Source: Tubiluchus corallicola (lineage: Eukaryota > Animalia > Priapulida). From it: a DNA stretch of 64,000 bases. Made by a program: the position numbers and the translations under genes. Positions 1 through 12,639 of this stretch are shown one piece after another (the first letter of the stretch is position 1; every line of letters starts with the position of its first letter). The notes beneath the pieces were generated by a model. That model was not told the DNA's origin, did no database searches, and saw nothing but the letters and a program-made list of their open reading frames with translations. The stretch covers positions 62,001 through 126,000 of the forward strand of contig JAQGDQ010000243.1 in NCBI GenBank assembly GCA_030141605.1, read 5' to 3'.

Positions 1-930
1 TTTCAGTCTAGAGTTAGACTATCGAGAAATAATTGACATTAACTTTAATAACAACGTAATTTATTTTAATTTTCCAAAGCCAGTTACATGCCCACTTCTA
101 ACTTCTTATTGGTCTTTTACAAATTAAATAAAATTAACTAAAATTGTAAATTAAAAAAAGAATTAGTTCTATTTCTTAAAAAGTGACGGACCGTTGACCT
201 TCTAAACTTAGTTTTCAAGTTTTACATGGGGTTTTTTTTAACCGTGAACTCTTTATACAACGAAATTACAAGTACACGTTACAAAAATTAAAGGAAAGTT
301 ATATGAGCTGCACATTTTGTTTTCAATAGTTTTGTCCTTTAACAAAACTGTGAGCAAATCGAAACTCCTAATAACGCTTGTACATTTAACCAACATTTAG
401 CCAGTATTTAGCCAATAGATGGCGACGGTTAACTTTAGCTCTTAAACGGGTTGGCGAAATGGTTTTGCAAAAACTTGATGCCAACGCAGAATTAAACGTG
501 TTAAAGATTCGCCTATTCTCAGGCTGGTGTGTTGAACGCGGCATGCGTCATTGCAGATATCACACGTCAAACGGGTTATGATTAATTCTCGACGAAAAGA
601 ATAGTGGACTGTAAATTTTATTATTTTTCTGCTATTTTTCTGCTTAGTTTTTATATCATTCATTGTATTTATAGTCAATATACTATGCTTCCACTACTAT
701 GCGTACTCAGTGTGTAGCGAACACTTAAAGCACTAAAGAGCTAGTCAATTTTTTCTCCTCTGAGCCTAGACCTCATTTCCTTTCTACTTTTCGTTTCAAT
801 TCATATCTTATTTTGTTCGTTACTTATTTGTGGTGCTAAAAATTGGGCAGCCTAAATATCGCATGTCTGTGCAGAGCTAATGCTATAAAAAAACAGCGAT
901 CTAGTTAGTCTAATATAATATTAGTGTAAT

Positions 931-1030
931 ATACAGCTAGCTGTCGGGATGCCCACACTGTATCTCGACACTAGGCGGAGGAGCTGCACAAGCAGCCAAC
1001 GGCTAGAGGGCGGAGGCGGTCAAGTGGTCA
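931..1030 (+). mobile_element. Short fragment of the 5S-headed SINE family
   Basis: CGGGATGCCCACACTGTATCTCGACACTAGGCGGAGGAGCTGCACAAGCAGCC.. is the near-exact reverse complement of about 46112-46193 and also matches 8338-8402. Confidence 0.8.
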
Positions 1031-1131
1031 AGTGTAAGCCACAAACAATTTATGAAAAAAGACAAGTGAGACGTAAAAATGATAATTACACACATTTATA
1101 TGCATAAATTTACTATTTGTAGAAAACTACA

Positions 1132-1207
1132 AACAACCAAGCCACTGGGGGGAGGCAAACCAGCCCAACTCAGTACCGGTCCCAAGCCCGGATAAATAGG
1201 GAGGGTT
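1132..1207 (+). ncRNA. Twister self-cleaving ribozyme (type P1) at the 5' end of the RTE-derived element
   Basis: Order of parts: C|AA, P2a CCAA, GC, P3 ACTG..CAGT, A, P4 CCGG, loop TCCCAAGC, CCGG, ATAAA, P2b TAGG, GAGGG. This matches the eukaryotic twister core CCGGUCCCAAGCCCGGAUAAA..GAGGG. One A-A mismatch in P2. Confidence 0.85.
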
Positions 1208-1713
1208 AGGGTCAGGAAGGGCATCCACCTGTAAAAACTGCGCCAAAATCGTCTATGAATGAGTCAGTGAGACTTAAAGGTAAAGTCCACAAAGAAGGGG
1301 TCAGACCCGCTCTAATCTATGGGCTGGAAGCAGCTTCTCTAAAGAAAACCGAAGAGAAGAAAATGGATGTGGTGGAGATGAGGATGTTGAGATGGATGGT
1401 GGGAATAACAAGAAGAGATAAAATTAGAAATAATAATATCAGAGGAACAGTAAAAGTAGTGGAAGCCTCGCAAGATTGTGAAGGTATGGACACCTGAAAA
1501 GAAGAGTCGGTGAGGATCATGTGGGAAGGGAGGTCATGGAAATGGAAGTGCTGGGAAATAGAAGAAGAAGACGACTCAAGCGGAGATGGATGGAATGTAT
1601 TAATGGAGACCTTAGAGAGAAGAACATAAATGAAGAGATGGTCATCAACAGGAATGCGTGGACAAGACTCATTCACAACGGCGACCCCGCATAGGGAAAA
1701 GCTGGGAAGAAGA
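1135..1713 (+). mobile_element. Non-autonomous, internally deleted RTE-clade retroposon: twister-ribozyme 5' end, C-terminal ORF remnant, (GAA)n tail
   Basis: 14-bp TSD AGAAAACTACAAAC at 1121-1134 and 1714-1727. 1261-1693 translates with frameshifts to RTE C-terminal motifs (VRPALIYGLE, EMRMLRWMVGITRRDKIRN, YGHLKRR, KRRWMECINGDL, RNAWTRLIHNGDP). Confidence 0.9.
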
Positions 1714-3329
1714 AGAAAACTACAAACGATTTCTAAAAACAATGAACACAAAACGTCAAAGCGTCACATTTTTAGTTAAATGAATTAGTTCCTGCTGGAG
1801 CACGGTGCACATAAAAATAAACTCCGTTTGCATTCTATATTGAATATAAATTAGTACATCGTATTCTATAAATTAGCGTGTGCGAATAAAATGAAGCCAT
1901 ACTACCTGTATAAAATGTCTGCGCAGAATGACTAACAATACACCTTCTATTTTCGTGTCACGATGTGCGTAGATGTACAAATGCATTAAAAGTTACTCAA
2001 CAGTGAAAAAATCAACTCTTATGTGAGCAAATTATCCACAGGTCATAGACTTCCATACTCAGTCATTTAGTAACTCAGTATCCCCAGTCCATTTAGCCTT
2101 GCATTGGCACGCATTAGTAGCAACAAAGCCCACACATTAGTCACTGACTTAATGGATGAGCTCAAATGTAACAATCAGTGGCTACATAGACATCTAAACC
2201 CATCACTGTGAACACGGGAGCATTCCCGCGGGAACAGAAGAACAGTGCCAGTAAGTTGCATGATAAATGGACAAGAGTTGTTGGTGGGATGGACACTCAG
2301 AATCCGCGCTCTTCGGCATTGCAATAATATTATCTATTCATTTCTTTGAAAAGAACTTAAGCGTCTTAATAAAAAGCATTGTTGACGACAATTGACTTTC
2401 TCTCTTGAGTCTTGACATCCGCTACGCTGCAACAAAGTTTAGGAACAAGAATGCAACCAAATCCATAATTAACAAATATCTATCTATCCATTCCAAGTTT
2501 CATTTTGCAATGGTGCTTAGCCACCTTGTTTTCCTCACATTAGTTGAGATGACGCTCTTGCTAGTTTGTGAACCTCGCGTTCAGTTTTATACTTCACAGA
2601 GGTAATAGCTCACTGAAACTTTATTTTTTGCAAAAGTTTTTGGGTAACGTCATACTTTTGCTTTTTTGCCTTAGTTGCAATTTGTTTCGTATTTTCCTCT
2701 CACATCGTTACAAATACATGCAACCATAACTTTTACTATAAATTCCGTACACAGCAAACCGGTATATAAACACTCAACAGCAGGACATATTATTACATTA
2801 GCTGCAGGACCGGAACTTTGCTGATTATCAAGGCCAATTTTCTTAGATGAGGCGCAGAGATGTCTTAGCCACACCGAAGGTATCTCCAACGAAAGAAATA
2901 GCCTGTGGCAATGACAGATGTAAAACGAACAGAAACCATTTTCCTTGCGGCTACCTATCTCTTTACTAACCAGGAACGGCTTTGCTTAACTTTACCCGCT
3001 AATCATACACAGTAAAAATTCTACTATTCACCTCGATACCAAGAGAACAAATGCAAATCGAAATGGCCAACAGAGAGGGAACTCAACTGAGGGCTGTGGC
3101 CCGTCAGACTGTTGAAGATAATGCAGTTCAAGATAATGCTCAGAATTTAGACACCAGTTCGGCCAGATGATGCGTAGAATGGGTGTATACATAACCATTG
3201 GGGATAGTATGCAGATTGTGAGAATCAACAATGACTGAGCGAAACAAAACACCTAGAAACAACAATAATATTTGGCTTCCCCCTGCAGCGAGCCAGCACA
3301 GCTTGTGGTTTACAAGAAAAAAGTGAGAG

Positions 3330-3547
3330 ATAAAGTCAAGAACACTTGGTTTTACAGCAAGAGTTTACAGGCCAATGTGTCACTAAAGATCTAGAACACC
3401 TTTTGTGAGGCATTTGTGAGAAAAAGAGTGATCTCTTTTATAAAGTCAAGAACACTTGGTTTTGCAGCAAGAGTTTACAGACCAATGTGTCACTAAAGAT
3501 CTAGAACACCTTTTGTGAGGCATTTGTGAGAAAAAGAGTGATCTCTT
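3330..3547. repeat. Tandem duplication, 2 x 110 bp
   Basis: ATAAAGTCAAGAACACTTGG...GAGTGATCTCTT starts at 3330 and 3440, with two substitutions seen. Confidence 0.95.
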
Positions 3548-4438
3548 ACCAAATAGCAAAATTTCCACCCAAAAGTGTGAAACTACCATTACATCTCGTA
3601 GTACAAAGAATGCATTTGAAAATGATTAAAACATGTTCCGATTTTTAATTTACTCAAAAAATGTTGTTGCAGCATATTAGAAATTTTCAAAACAAAGGCT
3701 TCAGAAATGTTCCAGTATTCTACAACGTTTACGGATTGTGGCAACAACTAAGAGTAACAAGTTGTGGTAATAGACTGCAAACACTCCGTGACCTCTTCCG
3801 CTCTTAAGACAAGCATTTAAATGTTAATGTCTTGCACTGGAATCCATGAAGCCAGTCAGACCAATAAAGGACATTACAGGCGCAACGTTAACCGTCAGTG
3901 CCGCCATGATCAATATCCATTATTGGCCATACACATATGTTATTGTTGCCCTTGCATCCGCGTGATTTTCAACACCAATTCCTATCTCGCGCGACTGATT
4001 CGCTTTGGCAGACGCGTGCTCCGGGGAAGCGGCTGAGCGAATTTATCCTCGTAAATAAACTGCCCTCGGTGCCGTGCAGCCGCAGAGGTATTTTATTTTG
4101 ATTAGTTTGAAAAGTAGTAACGAATAGAAGAGAATCTCCCGGGGAAAGGAAAAGAGATTTACTGAGATTTGAGCACAGTCCAGTTTAATGCGTCACAATG
4201 CGGCAAGAAAAAGACTGATTGCCCTCTCGTAGGTCAAGTCACATGTGTAAACAAAGGAGTCTAAAGGCAACATTGCTGATAGAATCAAACATATGCAAGC
4301 GAAGAAAATAACCTTTCCACAAACGAATTCTTGGAACTAGAAACAGCAATATTAATTAAAACTTAGGAAACTGAAATTACTAAGTTTTTTGCGCACATTC
4401 GCTAATAGATGCGAGTCTTTCATTCTAACTCTGTTTTA

Positions 4439-4851
4439 GGTTTTACACGTCAAATGTAGATTTAGGTAATTTAATTGTGTCTTGGTAACTCAAATGTAGA
4501 CTTTGGTAGTTCAAATGTGTTAACAATGGTTTTCAACAAATCTTAAGTGTTTTTGGTAAGTCAAATGTAGACACATGTCAAGTCAAATGTGACATTGGTA
4601 TCTCAAATGTGGATAGGTGTTAAAGTTTAAGGATGTTAAATTTAATCTTCTTTAATTTCAATTTAACAATTGCTCCTAAGTTAAAATAACAACGTTATAG
4701 GCCTACTAATAGATGCACTATCTTTAGTTTATCTTTTTCTAATTTGCACTTAAATAACTTAATTACCGATTTGTTCAAAGTAATGCATCTACATTTGGCT
4801 TACCTAAGTCACATTTGAACTTTCCTGTGTCTACATTTGACGTGTAAAACC
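4439..4851. mobile_element. MITE family A, copy 1 (22-bp TIR, TA flanks)
   Basis: GGTTTTACACGTCAAATGTAGA ... TCTACATTTGACGTGTAAAACC, with TA on both sides and subterminal TCAAATGT repeats. Second copy at 13227-13635. Confidence 0.9.
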
Positions 4852-5472
4852 TATTGTATCTTTTCCAACGCATTCTGGCTAAATAGAATTTGGTACTTGG
4901 TAGAGTGTATTTCGGAGGTAGTATATACATGCGCATTTACGTAAAACAGACAGTAGTATCGGAGTCTGGGTTGGACCTAACCTAACCTAACGCAGTAATG
5001 GTTGACAAACGTAGGCTGGGTTTAAAAAAACAATACGCATCTTGCCGATAATAGCTCATGATGGCCACGCTAATACATCTTTCTTTAACAACCATCATTT
5101 ATACTGACAAAGAATTCCACAGTAAAGCAAGTCCAGGGAAAAAGTTGTTGTAGCCGCAGTTTCTCACACTGGAATTCGTATTTCTGCGTGGACCACAACT
5201 GTGACAGAGGTGCGAAGTGAAAGTTTCACGGGGTGATAACAGACTGAAGTTACAACAATCAGCACTTAACAAAATATAGATCTGCAGGCGAAGCAATCGA
5301 TCATTAACCACAAGAACATTGTCAGCACAGACAAATCCATGAGACGGCTTTCTTTATTGTGTTTTGTTCAGCGCTTTTGCAGTTTCTCTTCACAGCTCTA
5401 AGAATGACTGCAATGAGGCTGTAGATGGCAAGGTTTGACTAGAGTTGCTCTGCGAAACTACGCATAACCGAC

Positions 5473-5494
5473 GTAGTAGTAGTAGTAGTAGTAC

Positions 5495-5530
<36 letters not shown>

Positions 5531-5588
5531 CAGTAGCAGTAGCAGTAGCAGTAGCAGTAGCAGTAGCAGTAGCGGTAGCAGTAGCAGT

Positions 5589-5631
<43 letters not shown>

Positions 5632-6240
5632 AAATCTTTATTTGCCATTTTAAAAACATTGACCATCATAATAAAAGACAGACAATCAGTGTTAGTTCAT
5701 ATAAAAAACATACACTGTTCTGGGCAAATGCGTCTGGTGGAAGTTAAACTATAAGTCGAAACTAGAAATTCAAAAATAAAATATAAACTAGTTTAGTAAG
5801 GTCTAGGAAAAATTAAATTATGATTTGAGTAAGTATCATCGTGTTCGTATGTCGGATATTCAAAACGAGTCATTAAATGTTTTTTTTTATTTAGACTTGA
5901 ATATTGATAAAGAGCTGCTGTGTTTTAGCGATGTCGGTAATGAATTCCAAAGTTGTATTGCTTGCTTAGTAATGGAATTCTTTCCATATTGGTTGTTCGT
6001 TCTAATGTTTCTTAAATTTAGTGTTCTGTTATTCATACTGGGGTGTTCAAGAAGTATGAGCTTATTGTTTTTGAAAGGAGAATTAATATTGTTGATATAT
6101 TTATAGAGAAACAGGAGAGTTTGATCATCTCTGTGGGCTTCTAGTATAGGGATTTTCATGGAGTTTCTTAAAGAGGTGGCAGAATATTTACTTGTATTGT
6201 GAGATGATTTCAAAGAATGACCATTAACTAATCGTAAGGA
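5473..6240 (-). mobile_element. 5'-truncated CR1/L2-group LINE: ORF2 C-terminus, 3' UTR and (TAC/TGC)n tail
   Basis: ORF 5887-6213 ends RTNNQYGKNSITKQAIQLWNSLPTSLKHSSSLSIFKSK. The 3' UTR ends GGCAAATAAAGATTT then a triplet tail and is shared with copies at 11705, 14610 and 47954. Confidence 0.85.
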
Positions 6241-7889
6241 CCCTAGTCTTCAGTTTCCTAGTTTTATACTCTGTGTAATATCAAATATTATCGACAAGCA
6301 ATGACTACTGATAGATAGAAACTGATAGTTTTTCATATGCCGTATGTTGGTTTATGTTGTGTGTTTTGTTGATAACGAGACTACAGTAATTTTTTCACAG
6401 ACACAAGTTTATGATTAACGAGTTGGACTGTGTAAGGCAAACATAGGCTAGCCAAGCCAGACAATCACCTACACATAAACGAAAAGCTTAAAAATCTGCT
6501 GCACAAATGGGCGATGGCCCTACGCGGCACGTTACAAGTTTGCAACCTTCATGGAACTGTATGGGCTATAAAAACAGCACCGCCCCTATTAATAATAGCC
6601 GGTTATGGCACTCTATTGCAACGGATTCATTCGAATCTTTCCTTGGCATCGGCATTGTAGACCATTCAATACAAAAATAACAATAGACCCCGTTGTCATG
6701 GCAACCAGCTTCAATCCATTCAGCGTAATAATAGGCATATTTTCTTTCAAAAAGATGCAAATGTTCACCAGGGGAAACCATCGCTAACGTGTGGGCGCAA
6801 ATTATTGTCTGAAAGATGAATGCACTTTTGACAAATTTGTGTCCCACAGAGTTTTATTGTTTTCCACTCAAATAAAAACCACGCAACATTTTATGATGCT
6901 ACATGTCAGTTGTAAAGAATCGGTTGTTTAGGAAAAAATCAGATCTTAGTTTAATCGTCCCAACTTGGGTCCCGATGGTCCCAAAAAGTCCGTTAATAAA
7001 AAGCCTTTAGAAAAAAATCGTCGGTCATTTCACTGTTGATTTTGGTCATTGGATCTTTTCATGCGATCTAAGCACGGTTTCTGTAGCCTTCACTGGACAA
7101 AATGCATTTCAACTTTTACTGAATTGACGAAACATACCTGTCAATTATAACTTAAGTCTCAACAGATCTATGAACCTAACAGTCTCTTATAACAAAATAA
7201 CACATAAGCGTGTTACAAAAGTCCCAATATTAACAGAAATCTAGCTTATATGGCAACAAGAAGAAAACAAAAGACAATTCCATGACCAACACACGTGTTA
7301 AAAAACCAGGAGAACGTATCGTCACAATGCAAGCTCACTGGCTGCCTAGCCAGGAATTCTTTCTCTTACTAATTTCGGCACTGATGAAATTTGTTCTCAA
7401 ATTTATTATTTCCTGTCTGCTTTATGAACATCTCAAGAATAAGTTATTTTTAAATCTAAATTGTGTAAAGTACAAGATATGTTAGCCTCGCACAATATAT
7501 ATGCAAATGTCTCAAACGTCAGTGACTTTCAGTTGGGCTATTTTATATCGTAATATACTGTAACCTCAGTTTTAATATCAACTGTAAGATATTTGACTAC
7601 GTCATAAACAAGTAGCATTTTAAAACTCAATGACCAGTGAACCCCGCCTATACGCGGCAGACTGGACCAAGTAGACACTGATTCAGTCTCCTAGTGAAAC
7701 AGCAAAACTTGTAACAAAATTGATTTTGGTCCTATTCCGGGACACTAACTTAGGCTTTCAAAGTCTCAATTCAGTAATCTAAATTCCTAATTTCAAATTC
7801 AGTAGAGTCCGCAGACCATCCAAATGGATATCATATCAGCTTTTAACACTAATTTTAGCCCTGATTTTAAGCGTAAAATGTCTAATAAT

Positions 7890-8800
7890 AATAATAATAT
7901 TCTTGCTGCTTACGATAATATAGAAATCGAAAGTTTAAATAGAAAGTTTTGTAGATACATCGTCGGAATTAACAATAAGTCTAGCAAGAATGCAGTGTGG
8001 GGTGAATTTGGCAAATACCCCATTGGCAAAGGTATATGGTTGGCATCCTTCTGTCTCGGAAGACAATGGAGTGTGCGCCAAGAGAGTCAGTTATTGATCA
8101 CATTGATGGAGCTGCAGCGTCGACTGTGGCTGAGCAGTGCGATCCTTGAACGTCTCCAGGGTGAACAGGAACCCCCTCTCTTCTTCCCTGGTGTAGTCAA
8201 AAGGAAAGCGGAGCGATATGTTTGACACCAGGTTGGCTGTAGGAGCTGCCGGAGTCAGTGAGCATGCTGAACTGGTCCGTCTTCGGGGCTCCACTCCTGA
8301 TTTGGAAGGTTTACTCCTCTGCACATGGCCGTTGGGTCACTTGACCTCCTCCGCCCTCTAGCCGATAACTGCTTGTGCAGCTCCTCCGCCTAGTGTCGAG
8401 ACACTGTAGGTATAAACTGTATAATAATTGGCTACTGGATAATGGGCACATGTAGTTACCCTACCATTATCTTAATTAGCACGTCTTTTCAACAATGTAT
8501 CAATTAATCTGTGTTACAATAGAATCAATAGTTGGGCAGATTTTGTAAAAGAGATTTTAGTACATCTTACATTTACATATGTTTGGAAAAACCGAAGCTA
8601 CCATCAATAAAAAAACGACTTATTTGGGCAATTAGGAAAAGATTAAAAAACACTGTAATAGCAAAGTGGAAAAAGCTAAATCAAGAGACCTATCACAAAA
8701 AATAATGGAGGAAATAAACTTAGAAACTATTGCCAATTTAAACATGAGTTTAAATTAGAAAATTATATGGTAACGTAGAAAAGTTGTCAACGAAAGAAAA
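7890..8800 (+). mobile_element. Decayed RTEX-like LINE fragment interrupted by a SINE
   Basis: Motifs RKFCRYIVGINNKSSKNAVWGEFGKYPI before the insertion, then NSWADFVKEILVHLTFTYVWKN and KLRNYCQFKHEFKLENY after it. Confidence 0.7.
8037..8407 (-). mobile_element. 5'-truncated copy of the RTE-tailed SINE (no 5S head, about 45-bp internal deletion)
   Basis: Collinear with about 45770-46177. Candidate 7-bp TSD AGGTATA at 8030-8036 and 8408-8414. Confidence 0.9.
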
Positions 8801-9788
8801 CAATTAGTAATCTCATTTATATTTACGTGAAAACAAGGTTTTTCATAAAACCATTCGTATAATTATTATGAAATATAAATCGCAGATGCCTGCCAGTTGC
8901 TAAGCTTAGCTATACAGACAGAAATGTAGTTTCTTTAGCGAAATCCCAACGAAGCCTAAGCCACACACCCTGAACAGAGAGGCAAGAGTCTCTGTAATTG
9001 GGACAAGTAAATAGCACCATCCGTCACACAGCAAATGCCTTAAGAGAAGCGCAACCAGCTGCTTCGTAACAACAAAAATCCGTCAACGTTACGTTCGTGT
9101 GATCATCTTAACGTGCTCTGGAACTTGAGGCAGATATTGAGCGCGAATACAATGCGGTGGCACTTGTGAGTCACCATAGTGCGGGTGGTATTAAGTTCGC
9201 CATAAAGTTGGCAGTTAAAAGAAAAAGCCAGGCTATTTGCTTACTCACGCAAAAAAATGTCAAAATGAGTCGACTCGGCTGCAAATTTCATTAGGGTGGT
9301 ATGCATATCAGGGTGGACTAACTCTTTCTACATTTTATAGGTTGCCAGAATTTTGTAGGGGCATGTTTTCTTATTTTTCTCGTGATTTTGGTAGTCGTCG
9401 TTTTCTATACATCTACTCGCTCTTAAGTAGTGTTCACGTAGCATCCAGATGCGGATGCGGGTCGCCGAACACAAAAAATCGGTTTATATTGTTTTCAACG
9501 TATCCGTTTATCAGACCTGCGCTATGCGTTTTTTTCCAGCAGTTATTTCCTATTGATTTTTTATTCCGCAGATATTTCGCAGATGGCTAACGCATAACGC
9601 ATACGCATTCCGGATACTACATAAACTCCACTTAAGGCTAGTAATTGGACAGATTAATGTATAATATTAGAATTAAATACATATATGTACTAGAACGTAT
9701 AATTTGGGAAATATGAAAGTTGAACCTTACAAAACGAAAATTCGCTGTTACGATCAGGGTGTTTAATAAATGTGCAAAACTGCTTAAC

Positions 9789-9984
9789 TGTATAACAGGT
9801 GCTATTGCATAGCTTTCGCTGCTCTATCAAAAAATATGAGATCTTTTCCGATTGTATAACACGTGCTATTGCATAGCTTTCGTTGCTCTATCAAAAAATA
9901 TCAGAATTTTTTTCCGATTGTATAACACGTGCTATTGTATAGCTTTCGCTGCTCTATCAAAAAATGTGAGAATGTTTTTCGATT
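9789..9984. repeat. Minisatellite, 3 x about 65 bp
   Basis: GTGCTATTGCATAGCTTTCG starts at 9799, 9863 and 9929 (one substitution in the third). Confidence 0.9.
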
Positions 9985-11704
9985 AAGCTGTGCAAAAATA
10001 ACCACTAACCAAATTGTACATAACCTTTACTGTTAATCAACAACTATACTAAACTAGAAATACGAATTACGCTCAAAAATTTGTCGATGATTCTCGCGGG
10101 ATCAAAACCTCAAGTCAAATCTTATGTTTTGCTTTAACACATACAATCAGTTAGTACTACTGAAATCATAAACGATACGAGCCCAATATGCTGTGCAAAA
10201 ATGCTGTATTCCCAAGGGTGGCGTCCCATTAGAATAGGCATCCATCATGAAAACCCCTTATGAATCGGATGAATGGGAAGCCAAGCCGCAGCATCTCACT
10301 GCACTAATGACCCACAACTAATGAGCTAAAACGATGCGCCAGTCTTTCATGCTGTTTCCTGCGTTGCTAAAGAATAGCCGTGTCAGACAAAGCAACGAAA
10401 CGTGCCTTATTAGACTCTAGTCAGCTCTATAGCTAAAAAGCTCGGAGGATAAAAAAGCTTTGTGTAGAAGACAGTGAGCTGCCTATGGACAATACTGAGT
10501 GTGAACCGGAAGCTGACAAGCACAGTAGATGCAGTTGGATTCTCATGCAATGCGGATTAATCGGCAGATCCAGCACTCATGAAGTACAAAACTTGATAAA
10601 CATAAAATCTAGGTAACAATTTATTGTCCAAAGAGAAGAAGCTTATAATGTTTCTTCTTTTTGGACAATAGATGTCGCCAGATTGTGCATACTACACTAT
10701 TTGTTGGACTGTTTACCTCATTAGTGTCACATGGACATCCATTAAAATAATTATTGAATTGTTAGAGGCTAGTGTAGTTTCAACTACTACACGGAGACAA
10801 TGTAAGAACAATAGTTACTGCTTTTGCAAAACACCTCACTTGTTTGAACTCCACGAAATACTTGTGACTTCACCATGAGAACTACCAACACGCTATATCT
10901 CATCAATTTTTCTATATTACACTTTTTGATGCTTATTTTTTCTTTCCATACTCTTAGTTTTTAATTTTACTCACTAACCTTGGTCAAATTCCCCTGTTAA
11001 TAAAACCCCATTTGAAACTACTACATATAATAATCCTAATTACTGAATAATTGTATTGTTTTGTTTAGATTTAGGTATCTAACTTTATTATTTTTTGTTT
11101 TCTGTTCTTTTTGGATAATTTGTATCTGTTCGGAAGATTTTTCTCTGCTTGCCCTTTAATCTAAAGTTGTACTTATTTAGAATTGCCTGTAAAACTTGGC
11201 TACGTTATATGCATTTTAGTAGGTCAGCCAATCAGAATTGAGCACGTTTTTTAGTCTATTCATTGGAAGCGATTAATCGCCACGTATTTGATTTTTTCTG
11301 TAATATTGAATTTAAAATAAAAGTTTTTGGGATTTACTTCAAAACAGTATCATTTATTCTGTTTTTATTATTATTTTTTCTTATTTGTTTTTGTTTTTGT
11401 TATCTGCAGCATCCCCGTTAATTTTTAATATACTAATCTATTTATAAGGAAGGGCAGGAGACTTCCCTGCCCTACTCCATGATTATAATTACTTAATATT
11501 TAAAAAACTTTTGATGTTAAACTAATTGGAGAAAATGTTCTATGTCTCTGTCTATATCAACCTTGCTTCAAAATCAAAACCTGGAAAGTTATCTGATAAA
11601 GAAAACGGTGAAATTCACTGCAATTTGCAAGAATTACGAAAAATTTAGTTAAACGTATAAATGGTGACCCAATAATGCTCAGCGCATCTTTACTGCTCAT
11701 GCTC

Positions 11705-12058
11705 AGACCTTACTAAACTAGTTTATATTTTATTTTTGAATTTCTAGTTGCACTTATAGTTTAGCTTGCAGCAGACGCATTTGCCCAGAACAGTGTATGT
11801 TTTTATATGAACTAACACTGATTGTCTGTCTTTTATTATGATGTTTTTAAAATGGCAAATAAAGATTTTACTACTACTGCTGCTGCTGCCGCTGCCGCCG
11901 CCGCCGCCACCACCACCACCACCTCCACCGCCGACGCCACCGCCACCACCACCGCCACCGCAACCACCACCACCACCACCACCACCACCACTACCACTAC
12001 CACTACCATTACCACTACCACTACCACTACCACTACCACTACCACTACCACTACTACT
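11705..12058 (+). mobile_element. CR1/L2-group LINE 3' UTR with expanded compound triplet tail
   Basis: Reverse complement of about 5630-5804; AATAAA followed by a CTA/CTG/CCG/CCA tail. Confidence 0.85.
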
Positions 12059-12639
12059 GAATAGACTAGTCGTATCGGTTGTGGTAAAGTCGTGGACAAA
12101 TTAAAGTTTCACATTTCTGACTCTGACGCTTTTTACAGGCCTCGAAATTCTTTTAAATTCTTGCCTCTTTCCGAATAACTAGTTTGATCACTTTTACAAG
12201 TTGCAAACGATTAAATGTGAAATACAGCAACCAACAGCCGACGCGCAAGTACATTTCTTTTACTTTCTTTTCTCCGCGTGTATACGCGACAGCATGACAA
12301 ATAATGGAACACCAGCTTCAAAAATACGCAGCCAAGAAACGTAAAAATAGTAGAAGAAACAATAATAATCGTAGTTCAATTAAAACAAACAATCAGCGGG
12401 CGCGCCGTGAAACTAAATGTTTTTAACTCATTATCTATGTTGTCAGTTGTGAACGTATTAAAAATGTTTGGCCATGCTGCATGCTGTTACCGATTCTTGC
12501 TGTATTAACATCGTCCCACGAAACAGCAGTTTCCAAAAGCAAGACAGCTAGTAGGAATGCTAGTTGCGGCAAAAATTGAGCACATAGAATTCCTGACACC
12601 GCCCACTGGTCACTCAGCTCGTTCATTGTATCTCTTTAA

